DNA from: an uncultured Bacteroidota bacterium
GTDB taxonomy: Bacteria > Bacteroidota > Bacteroidia > Bacteroidales > JAAUTT01
Length of the DNA: 64,000 bases
Assembly: GCA_963766305.1 (NCBI GenBank)
Contig: CAVYAE010000066.1
Span: 42,966 to 106,965, forward strand
Direction of reading: 5' to 3'
Notes under the pieces: generated by a model
Told to the model about the DNA's origin: nothing
What the model saw: only the letters and a program-made list of their open reading frames with translations
Databases searched by the model: none
Program-made: the position numbers and the translations under genes
In this document: piece after piece, positions 1 to 11,971 of the stretch
Layout of the letters: each line of letters opens with the position of its first letter
Numbering within the stretch: the stretch's first letter is position 1

Positions 1-1
1 T

Positions 2-2848
2 TCATTATGTGCGGCAGAGTTATTTAATGCTGACGCAGAAAGCCGTCTTGAAAACTTCATATCTTCAAACCCTTCAAACAGTAAGGTAAATGATGCTTAT
101 TTCAGCCTGGCACATTATCTGTATAATAACAAGAAGTATAATAAGGCAGTTGAGTGGTTTGAGAAAGTTGATATTCATAAATTAACCGGCGATCAGCTGC
201 CACAGTACCATTTTGAAACAGGGTATTGTTATTTTATGACTAAAAACCTGGATAAAGCGAAATTACATTTTTATGAAATAAAGGATATTGACACAAAATA
301 TACATCAGCTGCATTATATTATTATTCTCATATTGCCTATGAACAAAAAAATTATGAAACAGCTCTGGAAGGATTTTTAAGACTTAAGGATGATGATACA
401 TTTGCTTCAATAGTTCCATATTATATTTCTCAAATATACTTTTTACAAAAAAAATATGATAAAGTAGTGGAATATGCACCTCCATTGCTTGATTCAGTTG
501 TTGAAAAGAGGGTGGCTGAAATGTCAAGAATAATTGGAGAATCGTACTATCGTCTTGGTAAATATACTGAGGCTTTACCCTACCTTGAAAAATATTCAGA
601 AAAAGTTAAGTCAATGACTCCGGAGGATCGATATCAGCTTGCTTTTGCATATTATAAAGCCACTGATTATGATAATGCAATAAAGAATTTCGAACCTATA
701 ACTCTTGTCAACTCTTCACTTAGTCAAAATGCCCTGTACCATCTGGCTGATTGTTATATTCAGAAAAACGACAAACAAAAAGCCCGTCTGGCATTTTATT
801 CAGCTTCCTCAATGGATTTTGACCCGGTAATAAAGGAAAATTCATTATATTATTATGCTGTGGCAACATATGAGCTGTCATTATCCCCATTTAATGAAGC
901 TGTTAAAGCTTTTAACGATTATCTGAAGCTGTATCCCAATTCGGGAAGAAGTGATGTGGCATATAATTACCTTATGTTGGCATATATGACTACAAAGAAT
1001 TACAGGGCAGCTCTTGAATCGCTTAACAAAATAAAGATAAGGGATAACAATGTAAGAAAAGCATATCAGCATATAGCTTTTTTCAGAGGATTAGAACTAT
1101 TTAATAACCAGAAGTTTGACTCATCCATTATTTATTTCGATAAGTCATTGGAATATCAGCAGTTTGATAAAACGATTGCTGCAAGGTCATATTACTGGAA
1201 AGGAGAGGCTAATTACAGGTTACATAATTATGAAGAAGCTAATGATTTGTATAACCGATTCATATCTTTCCCGGAAGCTGCAGGGCTTAATGAATATGAC
1301 CTTATAAACTATAATATAGGGTATACTTATTTCAATTTGAAGAAATATGATGAATCGCTCGATTGGTTCAAACGTTATACTGAATCTCAGAAAAAAGCAA
1401 ATAAAAAAAATATTGCCGATGCGTATAACAGGCTGGGTGATTGTTATTTCATGAAACAGTCCTATTGGGTGGCAATTGAAAATTATGAAAAGGCAATAGA
1501 CCTAAAAGCTGCGGATTCGGATTATTCTCTTTTTCAAAAAGCATTTTCTCTTGGTTTGGTTAATAGGCCAGAGAAAAAAGTATTATTTCTTAATCAGTTG
1601 CTAAAAGATTATTCAAAATCTTCCTATGTGGATGAGGCATTATTTGAACTTGGCAGGGCTTATATAACCCTAAATTCAAATGATCAGGCAATTAAATCCT
1701 TTAATGTTATCATAAATGACTATCAAACCAGCAGCTATGTTCCAAAGGCATTGCTGCAACTGGGTTTGATTTATTTTAATCAGGATAAGTCATCCGATGC
1801 AATTACTGCATATAAAAGAGTGATAGACCAGTATCCGGGATCGCCGGAATCGCGTGATGCCTATTTAGGATTAAAATCTGTGTATGTTGATAAAAATGAT
1901 GTAGATACCTATTTTGCATATCTTGAAAGCAAGGGCCAAAGTTCAAATGTAAGGGTTTCAGAACAGGATTCCTTAACATATGCTTCAGCCGAAAATATAT
2001 ATATGAATGGTGACTGTGATAAATCAGTCCAGCAATTTTCCAGATACCTTGAGAAATATAAAAACGGGAATTTTATTATAAATGCCAATTATTATATTGC
2101 CGACTGCAATAATAAAAACCAGAATCAGGATGAGGCATTAAAGGGATATGAGTTTGTCATCGGTGCTTCCAGAAATATGTTTACTGAACAATCCCTGCTT
2201 GCCGCTGCAAAAATTTACTTCATTAAGGAAAACTATTCCAGGGCACTACAGGATTATAAACAACTGGAAACCGTTGCTGAAATTAAGAGCAACGTTATGG
2301 AAGCCAGAATAGGGCAGATGCGGTGTTATTATAAACTGGCAGACTATGACAATTCCATATCTGCTGCCAGGGTACTTCTGAATTATGGAAATCTTCCCGA
2401 TGAAATAAGCAGGGAATCACATTATGTTTTGGCAAAGTCGTTTCTGGAAACCAATAACCAGGCATCTGCGGCCGATGAACTGAGACTGGTAGCAAAGGAT
2501 ATAAAAAGCAAAGAAGGATCTGAATGCAAATATTTGCTGGCTAAATTGTATTATGATCAAAATAAGAAAGACGAAGCCATGAAAGAGATAATGAATTTCA
2601 TAGATAAAAACACACCATATCAATACTGGCTGGGTAAGAGTTTTATATTATTGAGTGATATATATGTAGACAAAAACGATGAATTTCAGGCTGTTAACAC
2701 TTTGCAAAGCATTCTTGATTATTATGAAAATACTGAAGATGGTATAAAGAATGAAGCCAAAGAAAAACATGACAAACTTGTTTCCCAATATGCAGGATCG
2801 CAGGTAAAAGATAAGCAACAGGATGTAGAAGTACAGGTAAAAAAATAA
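2..2848 (+). CDS. Large tetratricopeptide-repeat (TPR) protein, 5'-truncated by the window edge
   Basis: The frame of the 236..2848 ORF is open back to position 2. Continuous TPR-like helices (e.g. AYNRLGDCYF, ALFELGRAY, ALLQLGLIYF). Paired with the downstream outer-membrane barrel. Confidence 0.85.
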   Translation, partial: SLCAAELFNADAESRLENFISSNPSNSKVNDAYFSLAHYLYNNKKYNKAVEWFEKVDIHKLTGDQLPQYHFETGYCYFMTKNLDKAKLHFYEIKDIDTKYTSAALYYYSHIAYEQKNYETALEGFLRLKDDDTFASIVPYYISQIYFLQKKYDKVVEYAPPLLDSVVEKRVAEMSRIIGESYYRLGKYTEALPYLEKYSEKVKSMTPEDRYQLAFAYYKATDYDNAIKNFEPITLVNSSLSQNALYHLADCYIQKNDKQKARLAFYSASSMDFDPVIKENSLYYYAVATYELSLSPFNEAVKAFNDYLKLYPNSGRSDVAYNYLMLAYMTTKNYRAALESLNKIKIRDNNVRKAYQHIAFFRGLELFNNQKFDSSIIYFDKSLEYQQFDKTIAARSYYWKGEANYRLHNYEEANDLYNRFISFPEAAGLNEYDLINYNIGYTYFNLKKYDESLDWFKRYTESQKKANKKNIADAYNRLGDCYFMKQSYWVAIENYEKAIDLKAADSDYSLFQKAFSLGLVNRPEKKVLFLNQLLKDYSKSSYVDEALFELGRAYITLNSNDQAIKSFNVIINDYQTSSYVPKALLQLGLIYFNQDKSSDAITAYKRVIDQYPGSPESRDAYLGLKSVYVDKNDVDTYFAYLESKGQSSNVRVSEQDSLTYASAENIYMNGDCDKSVQQFSRYLEKYKNGNFIINANYYIADCNNKNQNQDEALKGYEFVIGASRNMFTEQSLLAAAKIYFIKENYSRALQDYKQLETVAEIKSNVMEARIGQMRCYYKLADYDNSISAARVLLNYGNLPDEISRESHYVLAKSFLETNNQASAADELRLVAKDIKSKEGSECKYLLAKLYYDQNKKDEAMKEIMNFIDKNTPYQYWLGKSFILLSDIYVDKNDEFQAVNTLQSILDYYENTEDGIKNEAKEKHDKLVSQYAGSQVKDKQQDVEVQVKK

Positions 2849-2897
2849 GGTTCAATGTATTGTATTAATTACACAGTAAATTAGTAATTTATAAATT

Positions 2898-4604
2898 ATG
2901 ATTATTCAAAAAAATATTATCCTTGTTCTGACTGGTATTTTAAGTTTATTAAGTTATGAACAAGCTTTTTCACAGGCAACTATTAAAAAAGAGGTTGAAG
3001 TAGTACAGCCTTACAAACCTGAAGTTGCCGATGCAAAAAAGTTGGATTTATTGCCTGTCATTAATGATTCAACTACCATTAAGCCAGCATTCCAATACAA
3101 TGTAACACCTGTAATGATAAATACCGAATACCAGGTTTCTCAGATTAATGCAGCCAAAATGCTTAATATGCCATATTCAAAACTTTACAATGGTTACCTG
3201 TTATTAGGTTACGGTAATTATAACACACCTGATGCTGAATTATATCTCAATACGCTAAGATCCAGAAAATATAGTGCAGGAGCCAGGTTTGACTATCAAT
3301 CTTCATCGGGGAATTTGACACTTGACAATAATGCAAGTGTATTTGCAGGATATTCCAATGCTTCTGCAGAAATTTTCGGTAAAAGTTTCATAAACGATGA
3401 TTTTTTACTTTATGCAGATGGTGAAGTTAAAGGAAATACAGTATATGATTATGGATATAACCCTTTAGTTGACACTTTATTACAAAATAATACCATTAAA
3501 CAGAGTTACTTATACACCGGAATCAAAGCCGGATTACAATCCTTTAATTCTGATTCATCCAGACTCAGGTACAATGCTCTTATTAAATACAGCTATTTTC
3601 AGGACAGGTTTAATCATACAGAAAATAATTTTTACCTGGTTGGAAATTTATCCAAAATATATAATAATAAAACACTGGCACTTGATTTTAGTTTTGATCG
3701 TTTAGATCACAATAAAACTCTTGATTCTGCACAAGAAGTAAATTCATTGTTTACATTATATCCTTCTGTCTGTTTCTCAAACAGGGAATACAGGCTTCAG
3801 CTTGGATTTAATGTAATTATTCAACATCAGCTTAACCTTGTTACACCATGGTTGTTTCCAATGGCTGATTTTCAGTTTGTTGTTGTAAAGGATGTATTAA
3901 TTCCATTTGTAGGTGTGTATGGAAAAGTTTACAATCACAGCTATCAGGATATTGCTGCTGAGAACCCGTACATAAAACCAAACCTTCTGGTTTATGATTC
4001 AAATGACAAACAATTATCAGCGTTTTATGGAGGAATAAAAGGCAGCCTTGGGTCAAAAGCATCTTATATTTTAAAATTTAATTATTCACAACTTGAAAAT
4101 GATTATTTTTTTGTAAACGATTATTCTTCAGTTTTAGGCAATCAATTCACAGTAGTATATGATAACGTTAACCTGTTTACATATTCAGCTGATGTTAGTT
4201 ATGATATTACAACCGAATGGTCTTTTGCAGCCAAAGTTAATTTTTATGAGTATCAGATGACTAATCAGCTTTATGCGTGGGAAAAACCAAAATCAGATGC
4301 CACATTTTCTTTAAAATATAACCTTAGTAATAAAATCCTTGTCAACTTCGATGTTTTAGAAATGGGGAAACGATATACAACCTTATATTCCAATCCTGAA
4401 TTATATCAATATTATCGGCCAGGGTATCCAAACAGGGTAATTCCTTCAACTCTTGATTTTAACCTGGGTGCAGAATACAGGTATACAAAAATATTATCGT
4501 TCTGGATTTATTTTAATAATTTCACAGCTGCTAAATATTATATGTGGAACCAGTATCCTGCACAGAGGTTTAATATGATGGCGGGGATAAGCTATTCTTT
4601 GTAA
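2898..4604 (+). CDS. Outer-membrane beta-barrel protein, TonB-dependent-receptor-like but short with no obvious plug
   Basis: Signal peptide (AFS-Q), amphipathic beta strands, C-terminal GISYSL barrel signature; follows the TPR gene. Confidence 0.7.
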   Translation: MIIQKNIILVLTGILSLLSYEQAFSQATIKKEVEVVQPYKPEVADAKKLDLLPVINDSTTIKPAFQYNVTPVMINTEYQVSQINAAKMLNMPYSKLYNGYLLLGYGNYNTPDAELYLNTLRSRKYSAGARFDYQSSSGNLTLDNNASVFAGYSNASAEIFGKSFINDDFLLYADGEVKGNTVYDYGYNPLVDTLLQNNTIKQSYLYTGIKAGLQSFNSDSSRLRYNALIKYSYFQDRFNHTENNFYLVGNLSKIYNNKTLALDFSFDRLDHNKTLDSAQEVNSLFTLYPSVCFSNREYRLQLGFNVIIQHQLNLVTPWLFPMADFQFVVVKDVLIPFVGVYGKVYNHSYQDIAAENPYIKPNLLVYDSNDKQLSAFYGGIKGSLGSKASYILKFNYSQLENDYFFVNDYSSVLGNQFTVVYDNVNLFTYSADVSYDITTEWSFAAKVNFYEYQMTNQLYAWEKPKSDATFSLKYNLSNKILVNFDVLEMGKRYTTLYSNPELYQYYRPGYPNRVIPSTLDFNLGAEYRYTKILSFWIYFNNFTAAKYYMWNQYPAQRFNMMAGISYSL

Positions 4605-4628
4605 AATTGTATTAAATAACTATCGCGC

Positions 4629-5018
4629 TCACTTTCCCGATACTTTTATCTCAGCGAATTTTGGTCTATGTCCTTCTATTTCCACTTCATTTATTACATA
4701 TGACTTCGGATCTAAAATAATATTAATAAAATGGCCGTTCAGTGAACTTAATGTTTTAGCATTAAGTTTTAAATAGAATTTGTTATAGCCTACACTTGAA
4801 AATAATACGGTAACGGTATCAAAATTACCCCTGAAGTCAATTTTAAAATTGCCATTCTTATCAGATGTAGTAATTGTATTGTAACCCAAAGTTAATATAT
4901 TGGCTAAAGGTACAGGTTTGCCTGTTTCACTGTTGATTATCCTGCCGGTTAATTGCTGTGCGCTTGCAAAAATTGAAGCCATGGTTAAAAGGATAAGAAT
5001 TAAAGATGTACTTTTCAT
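4629..5018 (-). CDS. Small secreted protein made of a single carboxypeptidase-regulatory-like (CarbopepD_reg_2-type) domain
   Basis: Likely start at 5018 (MKSTSLIL...ASA-QQ signal peptide). LTGRIINSETGKPVPLANI...TTSDKNGNF...FSSVGY pattern. Confidence 0.7.
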   Translation of the reverse strand: MKSTSLILILLTMASIFASAQQLTGRIINSETGKPVPLANILTLGYNTITTSDKNGNFKIDFRGNFDTVTVLFSSVGYNKFYLKLNAKTLSSLNGHFINIILDPKSYVINEVEIEGHRPKFAEIKVSGK

Positions 5019-5317
5019 AATTTTAATTTTTATAAAGTTTATAATATGTTTAATTAATTTACTCACTATGTTGCCATTATATATTGTACAATTACTTTAA
5101 TAGTTATTTATATAAATAGTGTACTAGATAACTAGTGATGTGCAAATGTAAATATAATTATTTAGGATCTCCAAATATTTTTTAAGAAATTTGACTAACG
5201 TCAGTAAATTTTATTTGAAAAAAAAAGTACTTTCAGAACGGATTGGTATTATGGGTAATTTATTTAACTTGTACAGGCATATGAAACAACTATATACAAT
5301 TATTTAAATGAAATAAA

Positions 5318-6436
5318 ATGAAGAGCAGATTTTTAATAATGAACATACTCTTAATGGTTGTCGGAAGTTTCAAAAACAATGATGCTGTTAAGGTAGAAAA
5401 GTCACAGGAGGCAAAGGATTTATTATCCTTTCTTTCACAAATAAAAGGCAGATATATACTGGCAGGTCAGCACAATTTTATTGCCAATCCCACAGAGTAT
5501 GATGATACGGTTAAGAAAATCACATCCAGGGAACCTGCTGTGTGGGGCTGCGATTTCAGCTTCAGTGTTGAAGGTGAATCGGCCGGGAAATATCATCATT
5601 GTGGACCACTTAATACAAATGACCCTATGCGGCCACTGGAGTTTCATGGAATAAGTCCCTCAACATTAAGGGATAACATGGTTAAAGAAGCTATAAAACA
5701 GCATCAGTCAGGAAAAATAGTCACACTAATGTGGCATCACTGCTTTCCCACTGCAGGTGATTCCTGTGACGGATCGTCAGTATGGGCTATGGAAAACCGC
5801 CCTGATGGAGCCACCTTTGATTCTTTGGTCACAGAAGGCACCAGCCTTAATAATGCATGGAAAAGACAGGCTGATATGGTTGCAGAATACCTGGTGAAGC
5901 TCAGGGATGCCAACGTCCCCGTCCTGTGGAGACCATATCATGAAATGAATGGTGTATGGTTCTGGTGGTGCAATCAAAAAGGCGACAATGGCTTTAAACG
6001 TCTGTGGATTATGATGTACAATTATTATACGTTTAAATATAAGCTAAACAATCTTATCTGGGTCTGGGATACCAATGCTCCACGTGATATACCGGGAGAT
6101 GAAGCATATGCATATGACCTGTTTTATCCGGGTGATGATTATGTTGATATTTTGGCGGCTGATGTTTACCATAATGATTATAAACAAAGTCACCAGGACG
6201 ACCTGGTTAACCTCGGAGGTGATAAACCTGTTGCATTGGGCGAAGTAGGCCAGTTACCTTCAGATATCGTCCTTAAGGATCAAAAAGAATGGACATGGTT
6301 TATGGTTTGGGGTTATTTTGTAAATCATTATGGAAACAGCAATCAGGATCTTATTCGCTTATACAATAATCCAAGGGTATTGACAGCAGATAAAATAAAA
6401 AGGGATAAGAACGGGAAGTGGGAAATTCTGAATTAA
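5318..6436 (+). CDS. Glycoside hydrolase family 26 (beta-mannanase-like)
   Basis: WRPYHEMNGVWFWW acid/base motif, YPGDDYVDI, ALGEVG nucleophile motif; N-terminal signal-like segment. Confidence 0.88.
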   Translation: MKSRFLIMNILLMVVGSFKNNDAVKVEKSQEAKDLLSFLSQIKGRYILAGQHNFIANPTEYDDTVKKITSREPAVWGCDFSFSVEGESAGKYHHCGPLNTNDPMRPLEFHGISPSTLRDNMVKEAIKQHQSGKIVTLMWHHCFPTAGDSCDGSSVWAMENRPDGATFDSLVTEGTSLNNAWKRQADMVAEYLVKLRDANVPVLWRPYHEMNGVWFWWCNQKGDNGFKRLWIMMYNYYTFKYKLNNLIWVWDTNAPRDIPGDEAYAYDLFYPGDDYVDILAADVYHNDYKQSHQDDLVNLGGDKPVALGEVGQLPSDIVLKDQKEWTWFMVWGYFVNHYGNSNQDLIRLYNNPRVLTADKIKRDKNGKWEILN

Positions 6437-6756
6437 TCTGCTGATTAGTAAATGTGCTATGGTGCAGATGAGTAAATAGATGATTACTAATTCGTAATAT
6501 TTATTATATTTTCAGTAATCAGTTATTAGTCATCATTCAAAAGTCATCTGATATTTGTTAATAAATTCAATGAATTAAACCAATAAAATAAGTCAATTAC
6601 ATGGCTTATTTTGCTATATTTACGTTGCTTTAAAAAAAAGCGGTTTTGTGCAATTAATTTATTGAAATATAAAGACTTAAATGCTTTAATTTAGATGGCT
6701 TTTCTATATAAAAGTACGGGAAGAGGATTACTTTTATCAGAAATGTTATTTTATAA

Positions 6757-8757
<2,001 letters not shown>

Positions 8758-8861
8758 CCCCCTCAGTTAAATAATGTTAATTAAAAGCTAAATGTAAAAT
8801 ATGGCAGTTATTTTGTAGTTCTCCTATAAAAATTCATAAGTTGTAATTTAAATTAATAAAG

Positions 8862-10343
8862 ATGAAAACTTCAATTTTAAACAACAGGAAAACTCAAAAA
8901 CTTGCAGGCTTATTTTTTTTGATTGCCGCTACCAGTTTAATCACAGTTTTTCTATATGCACGGTTTGATCATAAAAATATAGTCATATCGGCCGAACAGC
9001 CCCAATATGCTCATTTAACCCAGTTAACTCAGAGCAGCAATGGTAATTGTCTTGATTTTACATATGCTGCAGAAAAAACAGTCCATGCCGTAGTACATGT
9101 TAAAACAACCTCAGTTCAGAGTGCTCCATCGGGAGGAACTTTTTACGATTTTTTCTTCGGCGACCGCAATTTTGAAGAAAAACCACAACCTGTAGCTGGT
9201 TTTGGATCAGGAGTTATCATTTCCAGTGACGGATACATTATAACAAACAACCATGTTATTGATGAGGCTGATAAAGTTGAAGTTACTCTTAATAATAAAC
9301 ATACATATACAGCCAAAGTTATTGGAAGGGATCCTGATACGGACATAGCAATAATAAAGATAGATGAAAAAGACCTTCCATTTATTACATATGGAAATTC
9401 TGATGATATGAAAGTAGGAGAATGGGTTCTTGCTGTAGGTAATCCCTATAACCTTACCTCGACAGTTACAGCAGGAATAATTAGTGCCAAGGCCAGAAAC
9501 CTGAATATTCTCAGTGAAAGAAATGATAAACGCGGGAACTATGCAATTGAATCATTTATTCAGACAGATGCTGCAGTAAACCCGGGGAACAGCGGTGGAG
9601 CGCTGGTAAACACAAATGGCGAACTTATTGGAATTAATACAGCCATAGCATCACCAACAGGAAGTTACATTGGAAACTCTTTTGCAATTCCTGTTACCAT
9701 TGTAAAGAAAGTTGCTTCTGATATTATAGAATTTGGTAAGGTTCAAAGGGCATTACTGGGTGTATCAATCAGGGACATTGACGAGGAACTCTCGAAGGAT
9801 AAAAAGCTGGATAAAATGGAGGGGGTATACGTTGCAGGGATATCCAAGGATGGAGCTGCTGAAGCTGCAGGAATAAAAGAAGGTGATGTAATATTGTCAG
9901 TTAACAATGTAACTGTTAACAGTACTTCAGAATTACAGGAACAGATTAGCAGGTACAGACCCAAAGATAAAGTTGATCTGGTTATCAGCCGCGAAAATAA
10001 TAAGAAACAAATTTCAGTAATCCTTCGTAATATGGAAGGAACGACAAAGATAATAACAGCAAAAGATGAAGATATATCCATCTTAGGAGCTCAGTTGAGT
10101 GAAGTACCTGCTGTTGAAAAACATAAACTTGGTATTAAGTCCGGGGTTAAAGTGTTAAGTTTGTCGCAGGGTAAACTTAAAGATGAAGGTGTTCAAAAAG
10201 GATTTATAATTACTCAAATTAATAACCATCCTGTATATTCAATTGATGATGTACAGCATGAATTATCAGGTTTTAAAGGCGGAGTTTTAATTGAAGGTAT
10301 TTATCCAAATGGAGTTGTTGCCTATTATGCTTTTGGAATGTAA
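8862..10343 (+). CDS. degP: DegP/HtrA (Do family) serine protease with two PDZ domains
   Basis: TNNHVI (His), DTDIA (Asp), NPGNSGG (Ser); N-terminal membrane segment. Confidence 0.92.
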   Translation: MKTSILNNRKTQKLAGLFFLIAATSLITVFLYARFDHKNIVISAEQPQYAHLTQLTQSSNGNCLDFTYAAEKTVHAVVHVKTTSVQSAPSGGTFYDFFFGDRNFEEKPQPVAGFGSGVIISSDGYIITNNHVIDEADKVEVTLNNKHTYTAKVIGRDPDTDIAIIKIDEKDLPFITYGNSDDMKVGEWVLAVGNPYNLTSTVTAGIISAKARNLNILSERNDKRGNYAIESFIQTDAAVNPGNSGGALVNTNGELIGINTAIASPTGSYIGNSFAIPVTIVKKVASDIIEFGKVQRALLGVSIRDIDEELSKDKKLDKMEGVYVAGISKDGAAEAAGIKEGDVILSVNNVTVNSTSELQEQISRYRPKDKVDLVISRENNKKQISVILRNMEGTTKIITAKDEDISILGAQLSEVPAVEKHKLGIKSGVKVLSLSQGKLKDEGVQKGFIITQINNHPVYSIDDVQHELSGFKGGVLIEGIYPNGVVAYYAFGM

Positions 10344-10396
10344 TTAAACGAATCTTTTGAAAAGTAATTAAACGAATCTTTTGAAAAGTAATTAAA
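10340..10396 (+). repeat. 24-bp tandem duplication GTAATTAAACGAATCTTTTGAAAA, about 2.4 copies, overlapping the degP stop codon
   Basis: Identical copies at 10340-10363 and 10364-10387, partial copy at 10388-10396. Confidence 0.9.
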
Positions 10397-10441
10397 GAGT
10401 AAATTAATATTGTATAATTTAAAAATAACAACAATAAAATG

Positions 10442-10466
10442 GGCTTGCCTGTGCAAGCCTTTTTTT
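10442..10466 (+). terminator. Rho-independent terminator after degP
   Basis: GGCTTGC-CTGT-GCAAGCC hairpin followed by a T7 tract. Confidence 0.8.
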
Positions 10467-10514
10467 ATCGAACTTATTTGTTAAATATATGTTGAATTAT
10501 ATATTAAATTAACA

Positions 10515-10522
10515 TAAATTCG
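10515..10522 (+). promoter_or_regulatory. Candidate Bacteroidota -7 promoter element for rpoD
   Basis: TAAATTCG, one mismatch from TAnnTTTG, 22 bp upstream of the ATG; a TTG lies about 21 bp further upstream. Confidence 0.4.
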
Positions 10523-10544
10523 CACAAAATTCTGATAAGGGGAA

Positions 10545-11405
10545 ATGAGACAATTAAAAATCACAAAATCAATCACAAATAGAGAAAGTGCCTCTCTTGA
10601 TAAGTATCTTCAGGAAATTGGTAAGGAAGAATTAATTACTGTAGAAGAAGAAGTTGAGCTGGCTCAGCGTATTAAGAAAGGAGACAGGGCAGCACTTGAA
10701 AAATTAACAAGAGCTAATTTACGTTTTGTGGTTTCCGTAGCTAAACAATATCAAAATCAAGGCCTTAGTTTACCGGATTTAATAAATGAAGGTAACCTGG
10801 GATTAATTAAAGCTGCAGAAAAATTTGATGAAACACGTGGATTTAAGTTTATCTCGTATGCTGTATGGTGGATACGTCAATCTATTTTACAAGCCCTGGC
10901 CGAACAATCCCGAATAGTTCGCCTTCCATTAAATCAGGTAGGTTCCCTTAATAAAATAAATAAGGCATTTTCCAAATTTGAACAGGAAAATGAACGCACC
11001 CCTTCTCCTGAGGAACTTGCTGAAGTACTCGAAATTCCAAAGGAAAAAGTGGCCGATACATTAAGAGTGTCGGGTAGACACGTTTCTGTTGATGCTCCTT
11101 TTGTTGAAGGTGAAGATAACAGTTTACTGGATGTATTGATAAACAGTGATTCTCCCAATGCAGACAGGCGTCTTATAAATGAATCGCTCAGCAGGGAAAT
11201 TGACAGAGCATTAGCCACCCTTACTGAACGGGAACGTGATATAATAAAATTATTTTTTGGAATAGGAATTCAGGAAATGACTCTTGAAGAAATAGGTGAA
11301 AAATTTGGATTAACACGTGAAAGGGTTCGTCAGATTAAAGAAAAGGCAATTCGTCGCCTGCGCCATACTTCAAGAAGTAAGTTGTTAAAAGGATATTTAG
11401 GATAA
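10545..11405 (+). CDS. rpoD: Primary RNA polymerase sigma factor (Bacteroidota RpoD/SigA, lacks region 1.1)
   Basis: [42 protein letters not shown]; 286 aa. Confidence 0.95.
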   Translation: MRQLKITKSITNRESASLDKYLQEIGKEELITVEEEVELAQRIKKGDRAALEKLTRANLRFVVSVAKQYQNQGLSLPDLINEGNLGLIKAAEKFDETRGFKFISYAVWWIRQSILQALAEQSRIVRLPLNQVGSLNKINKAFSKFEQENERTPSPEELAEVLEIPKEKVADTLRVSGRHVSVDAPFVEGEDNSLLDVLINSDSPNADRRLINESLSREIDRALATLTERERDIIKLFFGIGIQEMTLEEIGEKFGLTRERVRQIKEKAIRRLRHTSRSKLLKGYLG

Positions 11406-11415
11406 TTACAAATAT

Positions 11416-11787
11416 TTAACCTACGTTTGAATATTCGTAAAAGTCAAACGGAATATTAGTTTGTGATTCCAGAGTCTTACCCAGATCAAAGTGGTCTTCG
11501 TCGCCGGTTTCAAAATACCAGTTTACATAAACATGTTTAATACAGTAATTTTCTTTAATTAACTCTAACAGATTGTAGAATTGTTTCACACTTCCGGTGT
11601 TGGCATAATCTATACGGAATTCAATTTTCACGGTATTAAATGTACAGATCTTTATCCATCTGAAAATTGGATTAAAAAATCCAACAGTATCTTCTAAAAT
11701 GCATTTTCCATTTATAGAAATTATCCCTTCGGGGTTTAATTCAACTCTTGGGGAAAGTTGACACTGGTCAATTACTAAGTGTTTCAT
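11416..11787 (-). CDS. SiaC/DUF1987-family regulatory phosphoprotein
   Basis: SPRVEL...ISINGKCILED..GFFNPIFRWI, DYANTGS (YxNTSS-like, Thr retained), VNWYFETGDED; likely start MKHL at 11787. Confidence 0.72.
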   Translation of the reverse strand: MKHLVIDQCQLSPRVELNPEGIISINGKCILEDTVGFFNPIFRWIKICTFNTVKIEFRIDYANTGSVKQFYNLLELIKENYCIKHVYVNWYFETGDEDHFDLGKTLESQTNIPFDFYEYSNVG

Positions 11788-11971
11788 AGGAGCGTCAAAG
11801 TTAGAAATTAATTCTAATGCTGAAATTTGTAAAATGATACGTTTGACCAAATGAATAAGTGAAATTAGTTGACTTATAGGTCAAATATTTTGACTAAACG
11901 ATGATTTTCTTTGACCAATTGTTAAATTTATATTTATTTTGTTGAATTTAATTTGTTACTGACGTAACATT

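Noticed and set aside
5318-6436. Polysaccharide utilisation locus around GH26
   Set aside because: No susC/susD pair, regulator or other CAZymes are adjacent
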